A stretch of DNA of 64,000 bases, taken from positions 3,680,001 to 3,744,000 of the forward strand of contig JASGHJ010000002.1 of NCBI GenBank assembly GCA_047602405.1. The letters run 5' to 3'. Source of the DNA: Anaeromyxobacteraceae bacterium. Lineage in GTDB: Bacteria > Myxococcota > Myxococcia > Myxococcales > Anaeromyxobacteraceae. The notes below the pieces were generated by a model, which worked only from the letters and a program-made list of their open reading frames with translations, was not told the DNA's origin and did no database searches. Positions 43,940 to 52,792 of the stretch are shown here, piece after piece (the stretch's first letter is position 1; every line of letters starts with the position of its first letter). The translations under genes and the position numbers were made by a program.

Positions 43940-45827
43940 GCGGGGCTGGTCCGGCGGATCGGGCCCGGGGTGCGCCTCGGCCGGGAGCCGGGCGTGGCCG
44001 CGCGCGCTCCGCGCGGTGGCCGCGGTCGCCCTCCTCGCCGCGCCGGCGCTCGCCGCCGCGCAGGCGCGCGTGACCGCGACGCTCGACGCCGCGGAGATCG
44101 CGCTCGACGAGACGGTCACGCTCACGGTGGTCGTGCAGTCCTCCGACGCGCCGCAGGACCTCCAGTTCCCGAAGGACATGCCGTTCACCGTGCTCGGGCG
44201 CAGCCAGTCGTCCGGCTCCTCGTTCTCGCTCGGCGGCGGCGCCGGCGTGCAGATCTCGCGGACGCTCACGCTCGTGCTGCAGCTCGCGCCGAAGCAGGCC
44301 GGCCGGCTCACCATCCCGCCGATCGCCGCCATCGTGGGCGGGAGGCGCTACGCGTCGGAGCCGGTCACGCTCGACGTCCTGCCGGAGGGGCAGCGCCCGA
44401 AGGCGCAGCCCGGCCCCTCGCTGCCGCAGCGGCTGCCGGGCCCGCCCGGCCCGCGCGGCGGCGGGACCTGGCGCGGCTGGGAGCGGGACCTCCGGCTCGC
44501 GGTCGAGGCCGACCGGACCGAGGTGTGGCTCGGCGAGCAGGTGGTGGTCTCGGCCTGGTTCGTCTCTCCGGTGCCGATCGTGAACGTCGAGAACTGGAAG
44601 GAACCGCAGTTCGTCGGGTTCTGGAAGGAGCTCCTCGACTCGCCGCACCGGCTCGAGGAGCAGGTGCGGGTCATCGACGGCGTCCCGCTGCGCACGTACC
44701 TCGTGAGCCGCTTCGCGCTCGTGCCGACGCGGTCGGGCGAGCTCACGGTCGATCCGTACCAGGCGCTCGTGAAGGTGCAGGCCGGGGTGAGCTCGCCGTT
44801 CGATCCGTTCCCGGACCTGCGGAGCGCCCGGCTGAAGAGCCAGCCGATCACCGTCAAGGTGCGGCCGCTCCCCGCCGGCGCGCCGCCCGGCTTCGCGAGC
44901 GTGAACGTGGGGACGCTGTCGCTCGAGGCGGCGGCCTCCGACGCGGCCGTGCCGGCCGGGCAGCCCGTGACGATCCGGGTGACCGCGAGGGGCGACGGGA
45001 ACGTGCGGGCGCTCGCGCTGCCGCCGGTGCCCGAGCTGCCCGGGACGCGGCGGTTCGAGCCGACGCAGTCGGAGAAGGTGACGACGAAGGGCGGCCGGCT
45101 CGGCGGGGCGCGGACCGTGGAGACCGTGATCGTGCCGGAGCGGGAGGGGGAGCTCGTGGTGCCCGCGCTGAGCTGGCCCGTGTTCGACCCCGCGCGGGGC
45201 GCCTACCAGACCCTCCGGACCGAGCCGATCCACATCTCCGTGAGTCCTGCAGGTGCGGTCGCGGCCCAGACGCCCATCGCAGGGGCGAACGCGCTCGGCG
45301 CCGGGCTCCGGCCGATCCGGGCGGACGGGAGCGACCTCACCCGGACCTCGCCGCCGCCGTGGCGCAGCCCCCTCTTCGTGGCCGCGCTGGCGCTGCCGGT
45401 GCTGGGCTTCGCCGGCCTGGGCCTCGGTCTACGACTCAGGGAGCATCAGGCCGCCGGCGCCGGCGCCCGCCGCACCCGGGCCGCCGGCCGGAACGCGCGG
45501 CGCCGCCTCGCCGCCGCGCGCAGGGCGCTCGGCCGCGGCGACCGTGAGTCGTTCTTCGCGGAGGTGGAGCGCGCCCTGACCGGCTACTGCGCCGACCGGC
45601 TGCGCGTCCCCGTCGGGGGACTCACCCGTGAGGCCCTCGGGAGGACTCTCGGTGGTGCAGGTGCGCACGGGCCAGCCGTGCAGGCGCTCGACGACGCGCT
45701 CGGGGCCTGCGACGCCGCGAGGTACGGGCGCGTCGGAGTGGGCGCCGAGGAGGCGCTGCTCGGCCAGGCAGAGCAGGCGATCGCGCTGCTCGACGAGGTG
45801 GACTGGTCTTCGGGGAGGGCGGCGTGA
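43920..45827 (+). CDS. batD: BatD-family protein
   Basis: GGAGG RBS; repeated Ig-like units (G.LTIPP, G.GN, FDP..GAY) and a C-terminal TM. Confidence 0.85.
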   Translation: MSNGTGERGWSGGSGPGCASAGSRAWPRALRAVAAVALLAAPALAAAQARVTATLDAAEIALDETVTLTVVVQSSDAPQDLQFPKDMPFTVLGRSQSSGSSFSLGGGAGVQISRTLTLVLQLAPKQAGRLTIPPIAAIVGGRRYASEPVTLDVLPEGQRPKAQPGPSLPQRLPGPPGPRGGGTWRGWERDLRLAVEADRTEVWLGEQVVVSAWFVSPVPIVNVENWKEPQFVGFWKELLDSPHRLEEQVRVIDGVPLRTYLVSRFALVPTRSGELTVDPYQALVKVQAGVSSPFDPFPDLRSARLKSQPITVKVRPLPAGAPPGFASVNVGTLSLEAAASDAAVPAGQPVTIRVTARGDGNVRALALPPVPELPGTRRFEPTQSEKVTTKGGRLGGARTVETVIVPEREGELVVPALSWPVFDPARGAYQTLRTEPIHISVSPAGAVAAQTPIAGANALGAGLRPIRADGSDLTRTSPPPWRSPLFVAALALPVLGFAGLGLGLRLREHQAAGAGARRTRAAGRNARRRLAAARRALGRGDRESFFAEVERALTGYCADRLRVPVGGLTREALGRTLGGAGAHGPAVQALDDALGACDAARYGRVGVGAEEALLGQAEQAIALLDEVDWSSGRAA

Positions 45828-46573
45828 ACCTCGCCATGCTCCTCGTGGCCTCCGTCACCTCCGCGGTGCAGCCGCAGCTGGAGGCGTCCGGGCCACCGGC
45901 CGCCCGCTTCGCGGCCGCCGCCGACGCCTACCTGGCCGGCGACTTCGGCACGGCCGAACGACTCTGGGACGCGCTCGTCTCCGAGGGGTATACGAGCGCG
46001 TCGCTCCACCTGAACCTGGGGAATGCGCGGCTGCGCGCGGGCCGGAGGGGCACGGCGATCGCCAGCTACGTCCGGGCGCTCCGGCTCGACCCGGGCGACC
46101 CCGACGCGCGCCACAACCTCGAGCTCGCCCGCGCGGCCAACGTCGACCGCCTGGTCGGGGGCACGGGACCGTCGCTCCTCGACCGCGTGGCCTCACGGAC
46201 GCCGAACGTCGCCGCCGCGCTCGCGTTCGCGGTGCCCTGGTGGCTGCTCTGGACGTGCCTGAGCGGCCGGCTCGTGACGGGGAGGCGCGCGCGCACCTGG
46301 CTCGGCGCGGGCGCGGCGCTCGCCACGCTCGGCGCGATCCTGGGCGGCTCGATCCTGCTCGCGCGTGACGCCGAGCAGCGCGAGGCGACCGCGATCGTGA
46401 TCGCACCCTCGACCGGCGTTCGCGAGGGCCCCGAGGAGGCGCTCCGCGCCACGACGATGCTGCACGAGGGGACCGAGCTGCGGGTCCTCGAGGCGCGCGG
46501 CCCTTCGGTGCGCGTGAAGCTCGTGAACGGGCTCGAGGGCTGGGTGTCGGCCCGCGACCTCGAGGCGATCTAG
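45824..46573 (+). CDS. batE: TPR plus SH3 protein, BatE-like
   Basis: NLGNA, ARHNL, TM segments and LHEGTE...GLEGWV. Confidence 0.82.
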   Translation: MNLAMLLVASVTSAVQPQLEASGPPAARFAAAADAYLAGDFGTAERLWDALVSEGYTSASLHLNLGNARLRAGRRGTAIASYVRALRLDPGDPDARHNLELARAANVDRLVGGTGPSLLDRVASRTPNVAAALAFAVPWWLLWTCLSGRLVTGRRARTWLGAGAALATLGAILGGSILLARDAEQREATAIVIAPSTGVREGPEEALRATTMLHEGTELRVLEARGPSVRVKLVNGLEGWVSARDLEAI

Positions 46574-46574
46574 T

Positions 46575-47468
46575 TCAGCCCGCGGGCGCACACTGGAACC
46601 CGAGCTGCACGCGCAGCTTGTAGGTCCCGGCCGGGAACGCGGTGGTGCGCAGGCCTCCCAGGAACAGGGCGAGGGCCGCCGCGTACTCCTGCCGGAAGAC
46701 GCGCAGGCGCACGAGCGCGTCGTGCCAGAGCTTGCCGTCGGTGGAGGCCGCCCGCTGCATGGACTGGCGCGGCTTCTCCTCCCCCGTGGCGCGGTCTCCC
46801 GGCTCCTGGGCCAGGACGGCCTTCAGGCCCAGGAACTTCTCGCCGGACTTTCTCACCGCCTCGATGGCCACCCGCTCGTGCTCGCGGATGCCCTTCTCGA
46901 GTGCCCGGCGAAAGTCTGCGGGCTCCTGTCCGGGCGGGACCGTGAAGGTGAGCGTCGCGCGGTCGGGCAGGGGCCCCGCCCGGCGGAAGAAGATCGGCGG
47001 GCGCTCGAAGACCATCCCCTTCCGGCCGATCGCCTCCGGGGCGGACCAGAGCCCGGGCCAGCGCTTGCTCCGCGGGATGAGCTTTGCCGCCGCCGGGTTC
47101 GCGAGCGCGTACGCGCCGTGCCCTGTGACCGCGGCCGCGTCCATGAGGTCGACCGACTGGTAGCCACCGCTCGGGAAGACGTTCTCGGAGCGGCCCCAGA
47201 GCTTGTTGAGGAAGCGGGCCAGCGTCGAGTTGAACTCCTGCATGAACGCGGGGAGCTCGCCCTTCGGGTCGGTGAGGACGAGGTGGTAGTGATTCGAGAG
47301 CACGCACGCGACGTGAAGCAGGATGCCGTGGCGCTCCGCCATGACGGCGAGCAGGAAGCCGAAGACCTGCCGCACCTCGGGGGTGGGCTTGAAGTAGAAG
47401 CGCCGCTCGAGACATCGATGCGTGATGAAGTGGGTGGTGCCCGGGAGCACCTGGCGTGGGGCCGTCAT
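46575..47468 (-). mobile_element. Solitary HUH/Y1 tyrosine transposase, RAYT-like (IS200/IS605 superfamily)
   Basis: HFITHRC, LSNHYHLV (HUH), FMQ, catalytic Y..NP (AYALANP) and W.G; no tnpB next to it. Confidence 0.85.
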
Positions 47469-47482
47469 GGCCTCGCGCCATG

Positions 47483-47498
47483 AGCACGCGGCGTGCCG
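47483..47498 (-). promoter_or_regulatory. Putative sigma54 (-24/-12) promoter of the transposase
   Basis: Minus strand CGGCACGCCGCGTGCT = GG-N10-GC with a GGCAC..TGC match, 14 bp before the ATG. Confidence 0.55.
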
Positions 47499-47612
47499 CA
47501 CGGAAACCGCTGCGGCCCAGCGACCCTCCTCCGAGCGGGGCGTCCGCGCCGCGGACCATGCGGACGCCCCGCGGACCTCTCGGTCCGCGAACGGGACTCT
47601 CGGGCGAGTCGC

Positions 47613-48980
47613 TCAGGCCACGCGCAGCTTCGCGATGAGCGCGGGCGGACCGCCGGACCGGAAGGCCTCGAGCGCCTCGTCCGCGGGCGACCGCCCGGAC
47701 TCGGCGCGCGCGCGGAGCGGCTCGAGGAACTTGCACTCGTCCTCGCCGCTGGCGGCGCAGCAGCTCTGCCGGCGCAGGCCGTCGGCCGCGGCGGCGAGCA
47801 CCTCCCCGGCGAGCGCCTGCAGCGAGCTCCCGTCCGCCGCCCGCCCCTGCAACCCGCTCCGCCCCGCGGCGTCCATGAGCGCGCGCCGCTCCTCGACCTT
47901 GAACCGCGCCACGGCCTGCCAGGCCCGCTCGCGCGCGGCCTGGTCGTAGAGGATGCCCTTCCACAGCGCGAGCAGCGCGCGGGCGTGGGCGTGGTCGCAG
48001 CCGTCGGCGGCGCGCACCTCCACGACGCCCTTCACCCGGACCTCCGGGAAGACGACCGTGAGGTGATCCTCCCAGTCGCTCTGGGTCGGCCGCTCGCCGT
48101 CGATGCCGCGGAGCATGAAGTCCCGGAACGTCGCGCCCTTCGGGTCGAGGTAGCGGTCGTGGCGCCGCACGAAGATCATCGGGACGTCGAGCGCCCACTC
48201 GACGTACGCGCGGTAAGGATCGTCGAGGAAGCCGGGCGCGAAGGCGAAGGCGAGGAGCCCGCAGCGGGCCGGATCGGTCTCGTTCCAGACCGCCGTCCGG
48301 TAGGACTTCCACCCCACCTCGCGGCCGTCGATGATCGGCGAGTTGGCGAAGAGGGCGACCACCGCGGGCTGCACGGCGAGGGCGGTCCGCAGCTTCTCCC
48401 CCATGTCGCGCGCGTCCGAGAAGTCGAACGACGCCTGCGCCGACGCGGTCATCGCCATCATGTCCTCGCCGAGCCGGCCGTGCGCGGCCAGCCAGGGGCG
48501 CATGATCTTGTAGCGATCCTTCGGCATCCAGGGGTTCGACCGGGGCGTGCCGAAGGGCCGGTAGCCGGTGGCGAGGAGCTCGACCGAGAGTTCTTCGCCG
48601 ATGTGCGCGCAGTGGTCCTCGAGGTGCTCGCGCAGCTCCTCCGCGGCCGCGTGGACGTCCGGGAACGGACGGCCGGACAGCTCGAGCTGGCCCCCCGGCT
48701 CGAGCGAGACCGTGAGTCCTTCTCGCTGCGCCGCGATGATCCGGTCCTCTTCCATGAACGGCGTGAAGCCGAAGCGCCCGAAGCCCCTCAGCATCGCGGC
48801 GACGCCGGCAGGGCCCTCCCAGGCGACCGGGTCGGTCGTGCCCGAGCGCATGAGCACGACCTCGTGCTCCAGGCCGACCTTCCAGCCCTGGCGGGGGCGC
48901 TCCCGTGCACGGAACCAGGCGACGAGGTCGTCGGGCCCGCGCACCGGCGGGGTCTCACGCGTGCGGGCGTCGAGGGACAT
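47613..48980 (-). CDS. gshA: Glutamate--cysteine ligase (GCS2/plant-like GshA)
   Basis: VGLEHE, SLEPGGQLELSG, WMPK.RY, FANSP, HLT.VFPEVR.K and EVRAAD. Confidence 0.93.
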   Translation of the reverse strand: MSLDARTRETPPVRGPDDLVAWFRARERPRQGWKVGLEHEVVLMRSGTTDPVAWEGPAGVAAMLRGFGRFGFTPFMEEDRIIAAQREGLTVSLEPGGQLELSGRPFPDVHAAAEELREHLEDHCAHIGEELSVELLATGYRPFGTPRSNPWMPKDRYKIMRPWLAAHGRLGEDMMAMTASAQASFDFSDARDMGEKLRTALAVQPAVVALFANSPIIDGREVGWKSYRTAVWNETDPARCGLLAFAFAPGFLDDPYRAYVEWALDVPMIFVRRHDRYLDPKGATFRDFMLRGIDGERPTQSDWEDHLTVVFPEVRVKGVVEVRAADGCDHAHARALLALWKGILYDQAARERAWQAVARFKVEERRALMDAAGRSGLQGRAADGSSLQALAGEVLAAAADGLRRQSCCAASGEDECKFLEPLRARAESGRSPADEALEAFRSGGPPALIAKLRVA

Positions 48981-49085
48981 GGGGACGCGGAATCTACCCG
49001 CGGGTGACGCGCTCCGCCACGGGCATGTCCGGGGTGCCCGTGCGTTCTACCCTTGAACGACTCTGGGACCTACGAGGCGATCCGG

Positions 49086-49114
49086 TTGCACGCCCCCCGG
49101 ACGCCGCCTATCCT
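49086..49114 (+). promoter_or_regulatory. Putative sigma70 promoter of the S41 peptidase (TTGCAC-N17-TATCCT)
   Basis: Directly visible, with a 17-bp spacer. Confidence 0.55.
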
Positions 49115-49191
49115 GAGCTTTTTCGGGGATTTCTCGCCCCTTGGACGTCCGAGAGTCGTTCGCCGCGCCTCCACCCCCGCAAAGAGCCACC

Positions 49192-52100
49192 ATGACCCGC
49201 CCGTTCCGGCCCCTCGCCACCATCGCCCTCGTCGCCGCGCTCGCGCTCGGCACGGGCGCGCACCTCGTCCGCGCCGAGGCGCGGCAGGAGGAGGACCGCG
49301 GGCGCACCGCCGCGGAGCTCGCCTACCGGGAGAAGGTCCCGTCCCAGGCCCGCCCCGACGCGGCGGGCGAGTACAAGCTCGACAAGCTCCAGATCCTCTC
49401 GAAGGTGATCCTGTCTCTCAAGGACTCCTACGTCGACCCGACCCGCATCGATCCGAAGGCGATGGTCGTCTCGGCGCTCGAGATGGTCGAGAAGACCGTC
49501 GCCGAGGTGATGGTCCAGGGCGACGCGAAGTCGTCGAAGCTCGTCCTCACCGTCGGCTCCGCGAGCCGCGAGCTCGACATCTCGGGCGTCGACTCCATCT
49601 GGAAGATCCGCACCGTGCTCGGCGACGCGATGGGCTTCATCCAGGAGCACCTCGTCGCGCACGACGACCTCCGGCAGATCGAGTACGCCGCCGTGAACGG
49701 CATGCTCTCGACGCTCGACCCGCACACCATCCTGCTCGAGCCGAAGGCCTACAAGGACATGAAGACCCAGACCCGCGGCGAGTTCGGCGGGCTCGGCTTC
49801 GTCATCGGCATGCGCGACGGCAACCTCACCGTGATGCGCGTGCTGCGCGGCACGCCCGCCCAGAAGGCGGGCATCAAGGCGAAGGACGTCATCACCAAGA
49901 TCGAGGAGCAGTCCACCGCCGAGATGGACGTGAACGACGCGGTCGACCGCCTCCGCGGGAAGCCCCGCACGCCGGTCGCGATCACCATCGCCCGCAACGC
50001 ACAGGACGCGAAGCGCCTCACGCTCGTCCGGGAGATGATCAGAATCGACACCGTCCCGCAGGCGAAGCTCCTCGAGGGCAACGTGGGCTACCTGAAGCTC
50101 ACCGGCTTCTCGGCGAACTCCCGCGCCGACGTCGAGCGCGTCGTCCAGGAGGAGCGCCAGCAGGCGGGCGGCAAGCTCGCCGGCCTCGTCCTCGACCTGC
50201 GCGGCAACCCAGGCGGCCTGCTCGAGCAGGCGGTCCAGGTCTCGGACCTCTTCCTCTCCTCCGGCACGATCGTGAAGACCGTCGGCGGCGGCCGCACCCT
50301 CGAGCTCAAGGAGGCGAGCGCCGACTCCGACGACCTCGCGAACCTCCCGCTCGTCGTGCTCGTCAACAACGGGTCGGCGTCCGCGAGCGAGAATCGTGGC
50401 GGGCGCGCTCAAGAACAACGGCCGCGCCCTCGTCATCGGCCGCCAGACCTTCGGCAAGGGCTCGGTGCAGGTGCTGCAGGACTTCGCCGAGCCGGGTCGC
50501 CCGGGCGAGGAGGCGGCGCTCAAGCTCACCATCGCGCAGTACCTCACCCCGGGCGACGTCTCGATCCAGGAGGTCGGCGTCACCCCCGACGTGCTGCTCC
50601 TCCCCGGCCGCGCGCTCAAGGAGCAGGTGAACTTCTTCGCCCCGCCCCGCTCGATGGGCGAGGTCGACCTCGACCGCCACCTCTCGAACCCGTCGCAGCG
50701 CGACGAGGAGCAGGAGCGCGCCGAGGCCCGCAAGCGCCGCGTCGAGAAGTCGGCGCTCGAGCTCCGCTACCTGCTCGACGAGAAGGAGGACTCGGTCGCG
50801 AAGGCGCTCAAGAAGGCCGCCACCGAGGACGCCGCCGAGAACGCCCACACCGATCTCACGCCCGAGCAGGTCGAGGACGAGGAGGCCGACGCCGACCCCG
50901 ACCGCGTGGTGGAGGACTACCAGATCAGGTTCGCGCGCGACCTCCTGCTCAAGGCCCCGTACAACGATCGCGCGCGCATGCTCGAGGGCGCGAAGACGCT
51001 CGTCGCCGAGCGCCACGAGGACGAGGAGCGGCGCCTGGAGGCCCGGCTCAAGGACATGGGCCTCGACTGGTCCGAGCCCGCGAAGACGCCCGCCGGCGCT
51101 CCGAAGGCCGTCGTCACCTTCTCTCCGCCGGCGGCGAAGGACGCGCGTGCGGGCGAGGTCTACCCGTGGACGGTGACCGTCGAGAACCGGGGCGACGCGC
51201 CGTTCCGGCGCCTGCGCGCCTGGACCTCCGCCGAGAAGAACCCGCTGCTCGATCGCCGCGAGTTCATCTTCGGCACCGTCCGCCCGGGTGAGCGCCGCTC
51301 GTGGACCGTGCCCGTGCGCATGCCCCGCAGCCTCGACAGCCGCCGCGACGAGGTGTCCCTCCGGCTCGAGGACGACTCCGGGAAGCCCATCCCGGAGGTC
51401 GCGACCTCGGTCGGCGCGGTCGAGATCCCGAAGCCGCAGTTCGCGTTCAGCGTGCAGGTCGAGGACGCCGCGGGCGGGAACGGCGACGGCCTCGCGCAGC
51501 GCGGCGAGACCTTCGCGTTCCGCGTCGACGTCCGGAACGCCGGCTCCGGCGCCTCCGGCCGCAAGACCTACGTCGCGCTCCGCAGCCTCGGGGACGACAA
51601 GCTCTTCGTGAAGAAGGGCCGCGAGGTCATCGGGACGCTGAAGCCTGGCGAGGCGAAGACCGCCCGCCTCGAGGTCGAGCTGCGCAAGGGCTCGCACGCC
51701 GAGAACGTGCCGTTCCGGCTCGCCATCGTGGACGAGAAGACCGACGAGTACCTCGTCGACAAGATCGAGTGGCCGGTCGCGAAGGACGCGACGCCGCGCA
51801 CGCCCGCCTCGGGCGCCGTCCGGCTCGACGCCGACGTCACCATCCACGGCGGGGCCTCCGAGACCTCGCCGGCCGTCGCGTCCGCGAAGAAGGGCGCCGT
51901 GCTGCCCGTCGACGCCCGCTTCGGCGACGCGTACCGGGTCGAGTGGCAGAAGGGCCGTTTCGGGTTCGTGCCGGTCGCGCAGGCGAAGCCGGTGAAGGCG
52001 CCCCGCTCCGGCGCGGTCGCGATGGCCTGGCAGCGCGAGCCGCCGCGCATCGCGCTCGCGCCTGACCCGGCGAAGGGCGCGCCCGTCGTCGAGGGCGACA

Positions 52101-52405
52101 CGATGAAGCTCTCCGGCTCCGCCACGGTGCCGGCCTCGGCGGACGACTCGACGCGGCTCCGGGACGTCTTCATCTACGTGAACGACCAGAAGGTCTTCTT
52201 CCGGGTCGTGCCGGACGAGAAGGCCTCCACCCGCCTCGACTTCCAGGCCGACCTGCCGCTCAAGCCCGGGCAGAACACGGTGACCGTCGTGGCCCGCGAG
52301 GACGAGGAGTTCCAGACTCGCCGCTCGCTCGTGGTGTTCCGGCGCGCCCCGCCGGCCGTCGCGCAGGACGGCTCGCGCGAGCCGCCCAAGGCGCAGGCGC
52401 AGTAG
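49192..52405 (+). CDS. S41/CtpA-family carboxyl-terminal protease (PDZ, peptidase, Ig-like and SH3-like tail); one extra base at ~50392-50393
   Basis: LDPH, GEFGGLG, DLRGNPGGLL and SASASE in one frame, then IVAGAL, TFGKGSVQ and KLTIAQY in the next; removing one A from GAGAATC joins them. Confidence 0.9.
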
Positions 52406-52418
52406 GCGCAGCCCGAAA

Positions 52419-52480
52419 ACGACGCACGGACCCAGGGAAGGCGCGGCGCTCCGCCCCCTCCGGGGAGTCCGTGCGCTCGT
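52419..52480 (-). terminator. Long hairpin between the peptidase and the repeat array; the short U-tract is on the minus strand
   Basis: ACGA-CGCACGGAC (52419-52431) pairs with GTCCGTGCG-C-TCGT (52467-52480); AAAA at 52416-52419 on the + strand. Confidence 0.45.
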
Positions 52481-52484
52481 CCTG

Positions 52485-52638
52485 ACGACTCTCGGTCGTC
52501 CAACATGAACGACTCTCGGTCGTGCAGCTCGCCTGACGACTCTCGGTCGTCGAAGGTCGACGACTCTCGGTCGTCGAAGGTCGGCGAACGACTCTCGGTC
52601 GTCCAAGGGCCGGGGGGCCCGGAACGACTCTCGGTCGT
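52485..52638. repeat. Array of six identical 15-bp palindromes ACGACTCTCGGTCGT with 9-21 bp spacers
   Basis: Copies start at 52485, 52509, 52536, 52560, 52588 and 52624. Confidence 0.95.
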
Positions 52639-52792
52639 CGAGGAGTGCCCGGAACCCCCCGCCGTGATCCGGCCGATACCGCCCGACACCGCCCTGGCGA
52701 GCGTGCGCTCGGCAGGTGGTATCGGCGACCTGCCTCACTCGCCCGTCCCCAAGTTCGCGAAGCGCCGGATCGCCCGGTAGAATTCCGCTCGC

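Noticed and set aside
46575..47468. IS605-type element with TnpB/omegaRNA
   Set aside because: No tnpB/iscB ORF and no space for a right-end RNA; both neighbours are core genes
52485..52638. CRISPR array
   Set aside because: The 15-bp repeats and 9-21 bp spacers are too short and irregular, two spacers share sequence, and there are no cas genes in the window
52174..52689. Minus-strand ORF with DDRES/TTESR peptide repeats
   Set aside because: The repeat periods are not all multiples of 3, so the peptide changes frame; the ORF overlaps the peptidase, and conservation is at the nucleotide-palindrome level
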